A stretch of DNA of 64,000 nucleotides. It comes from an uncultured Chloroflexia bacterium. Lineage in GTDB: Bacteria > Chloroflexota > Limnocylindria > Limnocylindrales > CSP1-4. Under the pieces are notes generated by a model. That model searched no databases, had not been told where the DNA came from, and was given only the letters and a program-made list of their open reading frames with translations. Both the position numbers and the translations under genes were made by a program. Numbering within the stretch: the stretch's first letter is position 1; each line of letters begins with the position of its first letter. Where the stretch lies: positions 64,001 through 128,000 of the forward strand of contig CAVTHS010000004.1 of NCBI GenBank assembly GCA_963734535.1, written 5' to 3'. This document shows positions 51,840 to 62,069 of this stretch, piece after piece.

Positions 51840-53806
51840 CGCCCCGGCCGCCGCTCCCCGGCCGGATCCTGATCCCGGTCGCGAACCCCGCCACTGCAGA
51901 GGAGCTGATCCGCATCGGCGCGGCACTCCTCGATCCGCGCTCCGGCGAGCTGACCGCGCTCGGGATCGTGGAGGTCCCGGAGGAGATGCCGCTCTCCGAG
52001 GGCGCGACGAAGGCGCGCCAGGCCCGCAGGTTGCTCCAGAAGGTGCTCGACTACGCACCGGAGGGTACGCACGTCCGCCCCGTGGTCCGGATCGGGCGCC
52101 GCGCGGCCGAAGGGATCGTGGAGGCTGCCATCGAGCTCGAGGCGGACCTCGTCATCTTCGGCTGGGGCGGCCGCGTCGGCGGTCGTTCCACGAGAAGCGC
52201 GAGAGCCGCGGCGAAGGCAGGGTCCGGCGACGCCGACGCGGCGGTCCCGGCCGCTTCCGTCTTCAGCCCGACCATCGACGCGGTGGTCCGCGAGTCGCCC
52301 TGCGATATCGCCGTCGTCAAGCAGCGCCCGATGACCGACATCCACCGGATCCTGGTTCCCGTCCGCGGCGGACCGCATGCGGAGCTTGCCCTCGACTTCG
52401 CCGACGCACTCGCCCGCCGGCACGGCGCCCGCGTCACGGTGCTCCACGTCGTGCCACCCGGCCTGACCCCCGCGGTCCGGACCCAGGCGGAGCACGCACT
52501 GGCCCTCTTCCTGAAGCAGCACGTGCGCGGCCATGCCGACGGGCTCCTGCGCGAGGCCCCGAACGTGCGGAACGCGATCCTTCGCGAAGCGGACAAGTCC
52601 GATCTCGTGATCATGGGTGCGTCCGCCGCGCCCGAGGGTTCCGTCGACGACAACTTCCTGTTCGGCGTCCTCCCCGAGACGATCGCCGCGCGCGCCAGGC
52701 CGCCCGTCATCGTGGTGAAGACGCGGGAGCGGATCGACACGGCGACGTTCGAGGAGCTCGCCGCTCGGGCCGAATCACTCGCCGCCGCCGAGCGAGCCGC
52801 GGAGGAATCCCGGGCCGTGCCCGCCCGTGTCGAGCGCTGGTTCGGCGAATCGAACTTCCACCACGCGGAGTTCCGCGACCTTCGACGCCTCGTCGCGCTC
52901 AAGGAGAAGCAGGGCGTTACCGTGAGCCTCATCTTACCGACCCTGAACGAGGGGGCGACCATCGGGCCGATCGTGCGCCGTGCCCGGATGCTGCTCATGG
53001 AGGCCGTGCCGCTCGTGGACGAGCTGCTGGTGATCGACTCGGCATCCGATGACAGGACGTGCGAGATCGCGGCCCGCGAGGGCGCCCGGGTCGTGCAGCA
53101 CGCGGACGTCCTGACCCGCTACGGCTCCTACCGTGGGAAGGGCGAGTCACTCTGGAAGAGCCTCTACGAGTCCTTTGGCGACATCGTCGTGTGGTGCGAT
53201 ACCGACGTCCGCAACTGGCACCCGCGGATGGCCTACGGGACCCTGGGGCCGCTCCTCGTCGAGCCCCGGATCCAGTACGTCAAGGGCTACTACCAGCGCC
53301 CCATCGTGGAGGGCGGCGTGCTGCGCGAAGGCGGCGGGGGCCGCGTCACCGAGCTGGTCGCGCGGCCCCTGATCAACCTGTTCTACCCGGACCTCTCGGG
53401 GTTCATCCAGCCGCTCGCCGGCGAGTACGCCGGGCGCCGAAGCCTGCTCGAGTCGATCCCCTTCTTCACCGGCTACGCCGTCGAGATCGGGCATCTCATC
53501 GACATCGCGGAGCGGGCCGGCCTGGAGGCGCTTGGCCAGGTGGACCTGGAGCGCCGCATCCACCGCAACCAGGAGCTCGAGGGTCTCTCGCGGATGAGCT
53601 TCGTGATCATCCAGGCCGTCATGAAGCGGCTGGAGGAGCGCCGCCGCGCCCGGCTCTTCGCGGAGATGGGATCGACGATGAAGCTGCCTCGTTCGGGGGC
53701 CGACCGGCTGGGCCTCGAGGTCATCGAGCTCGCCGACCGCGAGCGCCCGCCGATGGTCCGCATCCCCGAGTACCTCGAGAAGCGCGCCGCGAACGAGGGC
53801 GGATAG
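51836..53806 (+). CDS. gpgS: Tandem-USP + glucosyl-3-phosphoglycerate synthase fusion
   Basis: Two USP domains (ILIPVAN, ILVPVRGGPHA), then LPTLNE, GKGE.LWKSL, DTD, GGRVTEL.ARPL, QPLAGEYA, GYAVE, HRNQ. Confidence 0.85.
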   Translation: MTPRPPLPGRILIPVANPATAEELIRIGAALLDPRSGELTALGIVEVPEEMPLSEGATKARQARRLLQKVLDYAPEGTHVRPVVRIGRRAAEGIVEAAIELEADLVIFGWGGRVGGRSTRSARAAAKAGSGDADAAVPAASVFSPTIDAVVRESPCDIAVVKQRPMTDIHRILVPVRGGPHAELALDFADALARRHGARVTVLHVVPPGLTPAVRTQAEHALALFLKQHVRGHADGLLREAPNVRNAILREADKSDLVIMGASAAPEGSVDDNFLFGVLPETIAARARPPVIVVKTRERIDTATFEELAARAESLAAAERAAEESRAVPARVERWFGESNFHHAEFRDLRRLVALKEKQGVTVSLILPTLNEGATIGPIVRRARMLLMEAVPLVDELLVIDSASDDRTCEIAAREGARVVQHADVLTRYGSYRGKGESLWKSLYESFGDIVVWCDTDVRNWHPRMAYGTLGPLLVEPRIQYVKGYYQRPIVEGGVLREGGGGRVTELVARPLINLFYPDLSGFIQPLAGEYAGRRSLLESIPFFTGYAVEIGHLIDIAERAGLEALGQVDLERRIHRNQELEGLSRMSFVIIQAVMKRLEERRRARLFAEMGSTMKLPRSGADRLGLEVIELADRERPPMVRIPEYLEKRAANEGG

Positions 53807-53809
53807 CGG

Positions 53810-55093
53810 GTGCCGGCGGAGGATGACGGGCCTGGCGCCGCCACGGCTGTCCGCGCGAGTGTCGGCCCGCGCGGCCGACCGCTCACCGTTCTCGTCGCGC
53901 CGGACTCCTTCAAGGGGTCGCTGACGTCCGTCGAGGTGGCGCGGGCCCTCGCGTCCGGCTGGGCGCGCGCTCGCCCGGACGACCGCCTGGTCCTCGCGCC
54001 GCTCGCCGACGGCGGGGAGGGGACGCTCGTCGCCATCGAGGCCGCTGGCGGCTGGACGTGGCAGGAAGCCGAAGCGCACGATCCGCTGGGCCGGCCGCTC
54101 ACCGCGAGGTGGCTCCGCAGCACCGACGGAACCCGCGCGGTCGTGGAGCTCGCGGCGGCATCCGGCCTCTCGCGACTGTCGCCCGCGGAACGGGATCCCG
54201 CGGGCGCCTCGACGTACGGGACCGGAGAGGTGCTCCGTGCGGTCCTCGACGCGGGGGTCAGGCGGATCGACCTGGGCGTCGGCGGCAGCGCGACCACCGA
54301 CGGCGGTCTCGGCATCCTCGCGGCGCTTGGGCTCGCGATGACGATCCAGCCGGCGGTTGCCGTCCACCTGGAGGAGCTGGACCCGCGCCTCGCGGAGGTC
54401 TCCCTGCGAATCGCGTGCGACGTGACGAACCCGCTCCTGGGGCCGCGCGGCGCAGCAGCGGTCTACGGGCCGCAGAAGGGTGCGAGCCCGCCCGACGTGC
54501 ACGAGCTCGACGGGGCGCTCGGCCGCTGGGCGGATGCCCTCGAGGCCGCAACCGGTCGCCGCGAGCGCGACACGCCCGGGGCCGGCGCGGCCGGCGGGGC
54601 CACGTTCGGGCTCGCCTGCCTGCGCGACCGCTTTGCAGGGTTCGCCATCCGGCCCGGTGTCGAGCTCGTGATGGACGCCGCGGGCTTCGCGGCGTCGCTC
54701 GCGCGGGCCGATCTCGTCGTCACCGGCGAGGGCCGGATCGACGGCCAGACCGCATTCGGCAAGACCGCGCTCGGCGTGGCCCAGCGAGCCGCCGCGGCCG
54801 GGGTCGGGTGCATCGCCGTCGGCGGCGGCGTGGAACCGGACGGGATCCTGGCGCTTGCCGGTGTCGGCGCGATCGCGGTGCCGGTGGCAGAGCGCCCGCA
54901 GTCCGTCGAGGAGGCGATGGCGGCCGGCGCGGCGCCCCTCGAACGCTGCGGCGAGCGCCTCGCGCGGCTGGTCGGGATCGGGCGGGACATGTCTGCCCCG
55001 GATACGCGTTCGCCGCGCGTCCCCGGACATGGCCAGGTCGTGATCCAGGACAACGCACACGACCCTCGCGCGGAGTTCGAGAAGCACTCGTGA
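53810..55093 (+). CDS. glxK: Glycerate kinase (GlxK/GarK class)
   Basis: APDSFKGSL, ADGGEGT, GGSATTDGG, YGPQKGA, GAAGG, TGEGRID. Confidence 0.92.
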   Translation: MPAEDDGPGAATAVRASVGPRGRPLTVLVAPDSFKGSLTSVEVARALASGWARARPDDRLVLAPLADGGEGTLVAIEAAGGWTWQEAEAHDPLGRPLTARWLRSTDGTRAVVELAAASGLSRLSPAERDPAGASTYGTGEVLRAVLDAGVRRIDLGVGGSATTDGGLGILAALGLAMTIQPAVAVHLEELDPRLAEVSLRIACDVTNPLLGPRGAAAVYGPQKGASPPDVHELDGALGRWADALEAATGRRERDTPGAGAAGGATFGLACLRDRFAGFAIRPGVELVMDAAGFAASLARADLVVTGEGRIDGQTAFGKTALGVAQRAAAAGVGCIAVGGGVEPDGILALAGVGAIAVPVAERPQSVEEAMAAGAAPLERCGERLARLVGIGRDMSAPDTRSPRVPGHGQVVIQDNAHDPRAEFEKHS

Positions 55094-55941
55094 GGGCGCG
55101 GCTTCCGACGCCCGCGGGACGACGCTCGCGCCGCCGGCCCGACCCCGCAGTCACCTGGGCCCGCAGCCTGCGTCGTCGCCGGCCCGGGCTCGTCGAGTTC
55201 ATGATCGAGCGGCTGAGCGGCCTCTACGGCGTCCCGGCGCCCGCGCAGCGCCTGGACCCGGTCAGCGAGCTTGTCCTCACGATCCTCTCCCAGAACACCG
55301 CCGACCTGAACTCGGAGCGTGCCTTCGAGGCGCTCCGCGCGGCCTACCCGTCGGGCGCGCCGGTCACGACCCACCGCGTGGTCGGGCCCGACGGAGCGGA
55401 GGCCCCGCCGGAGGGTTGGGGTGGCATCGGGCTGGCGCCCGGCGCGCCGCCGGACTGGTCGGCGGTCGAGGATGCCGACGTCGGCGCCGTGATCGACGTC
55501 ATCCGGATCGGCGGGCTTGCGAACCAGAAGGGGCCGCGGATCCAGGCGGCGCTGCGCACCATCCGCGAACGCAGCGGCGGCTACGACCTGGGCTTCCTTG
55601 CCGCGCTGCCGCCCCGCGACGCCCGCGACTGGCTGGTCGCGATCCCGGGGATCGGGCGCAAGACCGCGTCGATCGTGCTGCTCTTCTGCTTCGGGATGCC
55701 GCTCATGCCCGTCGACACGCACGTTGAACGCGTGAGCAGGCGGATCGGGCTCGCGCCGCCGTCGGCGGGCCCGGACGAGCAGCACGAGATCTATGCGCAC
55801 CTCCTCGCCCCCGACCAGTTCTACGCGGCCCACGTCCTGCTGATCCAGCACGGCCGCCGGACCTGCGACGCCCGCCGCCCCGCCTGCGACCGCTGCCCGA
55901 TCGCCCCTCGCTGCCGCTTCTTCGACCCGAAGGCTGCCTGA
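55090..55941 (+). CDS. nth: Endonuclease III-like HhH-GPD glycosylase
   Basis: SQNT.D, PGIGRKTA, VDTHV.RV, C..RRP.C..C.....C Fe-S motif. Confidence 0.88.
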   Translation: MRARLPTPAGRRSRRRPDPAVTWARSLRRRRPGLVEFMIERLSGLYGVPAPAQRLDPVSELVLTILSQNTADLNSERAFEALRAAYPSGAPVTTHRVVGPDGAEAPPEGWGGIGLAPGAPPDWSAVEDADVGAVIDVIRIGGLANQKGPRIQAALRTIRERSGGYDLGFLAALPPRDARDWLVAIPGIGRKTASIVLLFCFGMPLMPVDTHVERVSRRIGLAPPSAGPDEQHEIYAHLLAPDQFYAAHVLLIQHGRRTCDARRPACDRCPIAPRCRFFDPKAA

Positions 55942-56015
55942 GGGGAAGCGGCGGCCGACGAGCTTCCTCACGCGTCCCCGGCATCGCCTGCACGAGCGTG
56001 GGCTATCCTCCGAGC

Positions 56016-56738
56016 GTGCTGATCCCCGGTGGGCCGGGCGGCCGCGAACGCCCGGCGCGACTCCTCCTGGTCGACGACGACGCGAACCTGCTGGTCGTCC
56101 TCGCCGAGCAGCTGCGCGCCGACGGCTACGAGGTGGCGACGGCGCGCGACGGCATCGAGGCGCTGCGCCGCCTGGAGAATTCCTGGCCCGACCTCGTCCT
56201 GCTCGACATGATGATGCCGCGCCTCGACGGGATCTCCCTCGCGCGCGAGATCAAGGCCCGCGCCGACCTTCCGATCATTGTCCTGACCGCGATCGACGCC
56301 GCCGACTCGAAGGCGGAGCTCCTCGACGAGGTGGCCGAGGACTACGTCACGAAGCCGTACCACTACCCCGAGCTGCGAGCACGGATCAACCGCGTGCTTC
56401 GACGCCTGGGCGACCGCCTGCCGGGCCAGCGGATCGTGCTGGGACCTGAGCTCGCGCTCGAGCTCGGCCGGCGCGCCGCGACGGTCAACGGTGCGGACGT
56501 GTCGCTGACGCCAACGGAGTCAAGGCTCCTGTACGCGCTCGCTGCCAACCTGGGCAAGACCGTCACGACCGAGACGCTCGTGGCCCGAGGCTGGGCCGAC
56601 ACGGACGGTGCCGATCCCTCGTACGTCTGGGTCACGATGCGCCGGCTGCGGCAGAAGATCGAGCCCGACGCGAACCGCCCCCGCCACCTGATCACCGTCC
56701 GCGGGATCGGCTACCGCCTCGAGGCGGATGCGAGGTGA
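56016..56738 (+). CDS. OmpR-family response regulator
   Basis: LLVDDD, LLDMMMP, DYVTKP, LTPTE, RLRQKIE, TVRGIGY. Confidence 0.95.
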   Translation: MLIPGGPGGRERPARLLLVDDDANLLVVLAEQLRADGYEVATARDGIEALRRLENSWPDLVLLDMMMPRLDGISLAREIKARADLPIIVLTAIDAADSKAELLDEVAEDYVTKPYHYPELRARINRVLRRLGDRLPGQRIVLGPELALELGRRAATVNGADVSLTPTESRLLYALAANLGKTVTTETLVARGWADTDGADPSYVWVTMRRLRQKIEPDANRPRHLITVRGIGYRLEADAR

Positions 56739-58209
56739 TCCCCTTCCGGATCCGGATCCTGGCCGCCCTGCTGATCGCGGCGCTGGCACCGCTCTCTGCG
56801 TTCGGCGCGCTGCTCGTGATCACCGGGCGGCCGGACAGTGACGGCAGCCTCTTCCGGATCCTGCTCACGTCGTTCGTGATCGCCGCGCTGGTCGGCCTCG
56901 GAATCGCCTTCGTCGTGGCCGGCAGTCTCACCGCACCCCTTCGAGCCCTTGCCACGGCCCTCGACCGGATCGCGGCGGGCGACACGAGCGCGCCGCTCCC
57001 CGCTCTTGCGGACGACGAGCTGGGCCGTCTCGCGGAGCGCCAGAACCAGCTCGCCGGCGACCTCCTGCGCCGCAACCGACAGGTTGCGAAGGTCGTCGAC
57101 GCGGTTGGCACCTACTCACCACGCGAGGGCGCCGACCGCCTCGTGGACCTCGCGATCGCCGATGCGCGGTCGGCGTTCGGACTGATCGACGCTCGGATCG
57201 TGCTCGGCGACCCGTCGGACATCCCCATCGAGGAACGCGTCCCGGGCGACCCACTGCCGGTGCGCGCAGACCTGCTGGCCGGTGCCGAGCCGCTCGGTGC
57301 GCTCGTCGGCCACGCTTCTGCGACGGCGCGGTGGGATCGCGCCGACCAGGACCTCCTCGAGCTGTTCGCGGCGGTCGTTGGCGTCGGCCTGCGCAACGCG
57401 GAGCTGTTCGCCCGCGTGGCCGACCAGAACGACCGGCTCCGGGAGCTGGACGCGGCGAAGGACGACTTCCTGCGCGGCGTCAGCCACAACCTCCAGACGC
57501 CGCTGGCCCGGATTCGCGCCTACGCCGATCAGCTGGCTGCCGAGGTCCCCGACCGACGCCTCGGGATCATCGCCGAGCAGAGCGACCGGCTGTCGCGGAT
57601 GGTGCGCCAGCTCCTGACCGTCAGCCGGCTGGACTCCGGCGTCCTCCGCCCCATTGCCGAGGTCTTCGCGCTCGGACCGCGCGTCCGGCGTGCGTGGGAG
57701 GCACTCGGTGCAGTCGGGGTCCCGTTCACGCTCGACGATCGCGCCGGCGGCTGGCTTGCCCTCGCCGACCCCGACCAGGTGGACCAGGTGATCTGGGGTC
57801 TGCTCGACAACGCGGTGAAGTACGGGGCAGGGTCACCGATCACGGTGAGCGTGTCGCTCGTCCGCGGCGAGGGCGACGCGGAGGGCGGTGCCGAAGGGCG
57901 GCCGGCGGGCGGCGGCACCCTGCGGATGCGGGTCGCGGACGCGGGACCCGGGATCACCGACTCCGATCGCGGGCGCCTCTTCGAACGCTACGCGCGGGGC
58001 ACGCTTCTCGGCGCCGAAGGCACGGGCCTCGGCCTCTACGTCGCGCGCGAGCTGGCGCGCGCCAACGGCGGCGACCTGCTGCTATGCCCGCTGGACCGGA
58101 TGTCCGGCGATCAGCCGACGGGGAACGCGCGGGCTCGGTCGACGCGTCGGCCGCGACCGGCGCTGCGTTCACGCTGTCGCTCCCGGCGGAATCCCCCACC
58201 GAGGGATAG
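56735..58209 (+). CDS. Membrane sensor histidine kinase (HAMP); frameshift ~58120
   Basis: 2 TM, HAMP, SHNLQTPL, LLDNAVKY, DAGPG, GTGLGL; the final GAAFTLSLP strand is in the frame ending at 58209. Confidence 0.88.
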
Positions 58210-58261
58210 CCCTCCGGGGCGCCGGCAGGAGCCGGTCGCCCGCGCGACGTTCGGCGTTTCG

Positions 58262-58927
58262 CTAGAGAACGCTGCGCCCTCGAACCATGCCGGGTTGGAG
58301 CTCGGTCGCGGCGACGATGTGGCGACGGTTGACCAGCGCAAAGCCATACCGCGAGATGACCCGGCGGTCCGCGAGCGAGCGGGTGCGGACGTCGGTCATC
58401 GGGATCCACATCGGGCTGGGCGACTCGATGAAGGACGCGAGGACGGCCTCCCGATTGAGATGGACCTCACCCGTGAGCGTGTGACCAGGCGTCACCACGA
58501 TGAGCTGGAAGGCGCGCTTATCCATGAATTCCAGACCCGCCGTCTCACGCTCGTCGACGTCCGTCGCCTGCCCGATCAGGGTCACCTCTTCGGGGCTCAC
58601 CCAGAGGTTCGGTGAGGTCACCTTCGTCGGATCGCCGTTGCGGCGGAGGACCGTGACGTCGCGCAGCGAGATCAGCCCTTCGTGGTTGTTCACGAAATCG
58701 GAAAGCCGGCGATGAAAGCCGATGATCACGGTCCCCGATAGCCGCAGGTGCTGGCCCACCAGCTCGATCGGGAGCCCCTCGGCCCCGGCCTGCGGGGGTT
58801 CCGGCGCAACCGCACCGAAGACCAGCGCTTCCAGGTGCGTCGCGGCGTCGCCGTCCACGATCTGGTCGTCGCGATCTGCGGAGTCCGCGAACGCCTGGCT
58901 GGCGTCGGCTCGAGGTTGCTCGGTCAT
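58262..58927 (-). CDS. Protein with two DUF6812-like repeats
   Basis: LSG..RRLSDFVN..ISLRDV and LTG.VH..WIPMTDV..VNRRHI. Confidence 0.65.
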   Translation of the reverse strand: MTEQPRADASQAFADSADRDDQIVDGDAATHLEALVFGAVAPEPPQAGAEGLPIELVGQHLRLSGTVIIGFHRRLSDFVNNHEGLISLRDVTVLRRNGDPTKVTSPNLWVSPEEVTLIGQATDVDERETAGLEFMDKRAFQLIVVTPGHTLTGEVHLNREAVLASFIESPSPMWIPMTDVRTRSLADRRVISRYGFALVNRRHIVAATELQPGMVRGRSVL

Positions 58928-59336
58928 CGTACGGCTCCGTCCTGCATGGATGTCCGCGACGGCGATCGGGGCCCGCCACGGTGAGTACGCGGCCGCGCAC
59001 CCCCGCCGCGGAGCATGGCGCTTCCGGCCCGCGCCGTTGCCTGCCACAGGGTCCGAGCCACGCCGGGGTGCTCCCATCGTACCGCAGCCGTGCGGGTCCG
59101 CTCGGGACGACCCTGGGCCACGCACCTGGGAGGTGGCACCTCGTGCCGACGTTTCGCGACCATGTTGGCCCACCTGCCCATGGAATCGGCAGGATCGGCG
59201 GCCTCGTCCTTGTCGAGCGCCGGAGTACCCTGAGCGTATCGCGGGTCTGCCCGTGGAGTGGAATTGACGCGGCGACGGCGACGGCGGCGGCGGCGGGAGT
59301 GCAACGGCGCCAGGTGGCGTCCGCCAACGAACCGAG

Positions 59337-60206
59337 GTGATCTCGATCGCATTCCTTCGGCGGCTGCTGGGCCTGGACCACCCGGAGGTCACGCTCGACC
59401 CCGAGGAGGTGGTCGCGTCGCCGCAGCCCGTGCCGACCGCGCCCGCGCCCATCACGTCGGTCGCGTGCCCGAACTGCGGGATCGCGCTGGACCCGCCTCC
59501 CGATCACACGCGACGGTGCCCACGCTGCCGGCGCCAGATCGTGGTCCGCCACTCCGATGGTCGTGCGATCTACCTGACGGCGGCGGCCGTGGAGGTCTTC
59601 GAAGCGGAACGCGAGCACGAGATCGAGGAGCAGCTGTGGGCACGCGAACGGCGCAGGTGGCTCCAGCTGGCACAGCGTGTTGGCGCCCCGCCCGAACGAC
59701 GGCGGCGCCTGGCCGCCGCTGCGTTGACCGCCGCGTCGGTCACGGCTTCGAGGAGTCTCTACCTGGCCGCTGCCGAGCACGCCGTACGAGCAGCCCGGCG
59801 CGACAAGCGCTGGGCCGAATTGGCGCAGATCCGGCGGCGCCAGGCCACCGCGCTCCACGAGGAGGCGGGCGCCCATCTCCCGCCGTCGGACGAGATCGTC
59901 GCCCTCTATCGCGAGGGCGTCGCGGCCACCCTCCGGAAGCTCGCCCAGGTCTCGCGCGACGCGGAGCTCGTCGGGGCCTCCTGCTGCCAGGCGTGTCGCG
60001 CCGACAACGAGCGCATCTTCCGGATCGCCGATGAGCTTCGTACGCCCCGGCTGCCACATGCCGGCTGCCCGCGCGGCCTCTGCACGTGCGACTGGTGGCC
60101 AACGCTGACCGGCGCCGCGAAGAAGCCTCGCCGCCGCCGGGCGCCGGCGCCTCCCCGGACCGCGGATGACGTGACACCGGTGGGCGACGTCGGCTCCGAC
60201 GCCTGA
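59337..60206 (+). CDS. Hypothetical multi-Zn-site protein with MuF-like C-terminal motif
   Basis: CPNC..CPRC; CCQAC..LPHAGC..CTC. Confidence 0.7.
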   Translation: MISIAFLRRLLGLDHPEVTLDPEEVVASPQPVPTAPAPITSVACPNCGIALDPPPDHTRRCPRCRRQIVVRHSDGRAIYLTAAAVEVFEAEREHEIEEQLWARERRRWLQLAQRVGAPPERRRRLAAAALTAASVTASRSLYLAAAEHAVRAARRDKRWAELAQIRRRQATALHEEAGAHLPPSDEIVALYREGVAATLRKLAQVSRDAELVGASCCQACRADNERIFRIADELRTPRLPHAGCPRGLCTCDWWPTLTGAAKKPRRRRAPAPPRTADDVTPVGDVGSDA

Positions 60207-60227
60207 CCGTGGTAGCCTCAGCACGCC

Positions 60228-60704
60228 ATGAACGCTGACGCCGGACCGCGCGGAGAGCCAGCTTCTCTCGCGCCACGCCGCGTCCACATGGTCCGGCGAT
60301 TCGGGGCCCCACCGTCGCGCGTGTATCGCTGCTGGACGGTGCCCGAGGAGCTGATCCGCTGGTTCCCGCAGCGGGTGGAGGGCTCGCTTGCGGTGGGAAC
60401 CCGGAGCACCCTGGTCTTCCCCGACCAGCGAGTCTGGTGGGACGTGACCGTCGTCGAGAGCGACCGCCGCTTCGAGTTCCGCTGGCCGTGGCTGCCGGGC
60501 GAGAGCTGGGAGACAACGGTCTCGGTGCGCCTGGAGCCGGCCGGCTACGGGACGCTCCTGACCCTCACGGACGGCCCGTTCGACCTGGGCGTCCCGGGCG
60601 TCCTCGACGCGTACGCCGAGGCGCTCGAGGGCTGGGCCGAGGCGCTCGCCTGGCTTCGCGGCGTCGTGGACTTCTCCTCGGACCTGCGCACCCGCCCGTA
60701 CTGA
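60228..60704 (+). CDS. SRPBCC/AHSA1-domain protein
   Basis: APPSRVYRCWT.PEEL.RWF, FRW, GW..AL..L. Confidence 0.85.
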   Translation: MNADAGPRGEPASLAPRRVHMVRRFGAPPSRVYRCWTVPEELIRWFPQRVEGSLAVGTRSTLVFPDQRVWWDVTVVESDRRFEFRWPWLPGESWETTVSVRLEPAGYGTLLTLTDGPFDLGVPGVLDAYAEALEGWAEALAWLRGVVDFSSDLRTRPY

Positions 60705-60743
60705 TCACCCGGTCGCGAAGAGGCGCTGCTGCTGCTCCGCGCC

Positions 60744-62069
60744 CTACCCGCGGTGCGCGAACGCCGCGGTGAAGAGCGCGCGGGCGCTCGGCTTCTGGCC
60801 GTAGGTGAGGACACCCGCGGCGTAGATGCGGGCGGCGACCCACAGGCACACGACGATCGCGATGACCAGGAGCCCGGACGCGAGCGCCAGGTCCAGCGGG
60901 CCGGCCAGGCCGGTCGCGAACCGCGAGAGCATCAGGTAGGGACTCACGAAGGGCACGTACGAGAGGATGACCACCCAGCCGGCATCGGCCGGGATGAGCC
61001 CGGACGAGGTGTACACGGCGATGAAGTAGCCGGCCATGCCGACGAGCGTCATCGGCGCGGCGACGGAGTTGATGTCCTCCATCCGGCTCACCAGCGACCC
61101 GGCGGCCGCGTACAGGACTGCGTAGAGCAGGAAACCGAGCACGAACAGCACGGCAAACGCGAACAGGAGTGTTGGTGTCAGGCCGGACGCCGCGGGTGCA
61201 GCCGCCGCTGCCGCGTCGCCGAGGAGGATCGCCGCTATCCGGTCCTGGAGCATGAGCGCGATCACTGCCGGGATGATCGCCGCCACGTACTGGGTAAGAC
61301 CGAGCGATCCGACGCCGACCACCTTGCCGGCAAGCAGCTCGAACGGGCTCGCCGCGTTGAGGACGATCTCCATGACCCGGTTGCTCTTCTCCTCCGCGAC
61401 GGACATCGCGACCCACTGGCCGTAGAGGATGATCGCCATGAACAGGAAGATGACGAGCGCCTGGCCGGTCAGCGGCCCACTCATCTCCCCGGCGAAGTCC
61501 TTGGGCTGCTCTCCGGGCTTGGGAGGCGTGGGTCCGACCACGGTGACCGAGGGCGGGACGCCGAGCGAATCGAGCTTGTCGGCCGGGTAGCCGCCGCGCA
61601 GCAGCCGGTCCGTGGTGGCCAGCACGCTGGCGCCCTGCCGCAGGTAGAGCGGGGTCCGAAGCGTGGGGCCGTCCTTCGAGACGATCGTGAAGACGAGGTC
61701 GCCGGCCGGGTCCCGGGTCATGTCGAGGACGGCGGAGAGATCGCCCTTCTCGACCGCTTCACGCCCGGCGGCGGAGTCCGAGACCGTGCTGAACGTGAAC
61801 GGGCCCTTGCCGCCCGGGGTGGCCGGCAGGTTGATGGTCGCGTCGAGGCGCGCGATCGGGTCGAACGAGAGCGTGGTCGACGTGTGGATGCCGACCTTGG
61901 CGGTCGAGTCGCGGTCGAGCCAGCGGACCGCGAGCGGCGCCAGCGTCACGAGGACGGCGGCCACGACGAGGAAGACGGTCGCGACCTTGAAGGAGCGGGT
62001 CCGCGCCCGGACCAGGTACTCGCGGCGCGCAATGGTGACGATGTTGGCGATCCGGATGTTCATCGTCAT
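60744..62069 (-). CDS. ABC-2 permease (NatB-like)
   Basis: IARREY, EEKSNRVME, LAGK, multiple TM. Confidence 0.9.
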   Translation of the reverse strand: MTMNIRIANIVTIARREYLVRARTRSFKVATVFLVVAAVLVTLAPLAVRWLDRDSTAKVGIHTSTTLSFDPIARLDATINLPATPGGKGPFTFSTVSDSAAGREAVEKGDLSAVLDMTRDPAGDLVFTIVSKDGPTLRTPLYLRQGASVLATTDRLLRGGYPADKLDSLGVPPSVTVVGPTPPKPGEQPKDFAGEMSGPLTGQALVIFLFMAIILYGQWVAMSVAEEKSNRVMEIVLNAASPFELLAGKVVGVGSLGLTQYVAAIIPAVIALMLQDRIAAILLGDAAAAAAPAASGLTPTLLFAFAVLFVLGFLLYAVLYAAAGSLVSRMEDINSVAAPMTLVGMAGYFIAVYTSSGLIPADAGWVVILSYVPFVSPYLMLSRFATGLAGPLDLALASGLLVIAIVVCLWVAARIYAAGVLTYGQKPSARALFTAAFAHRG

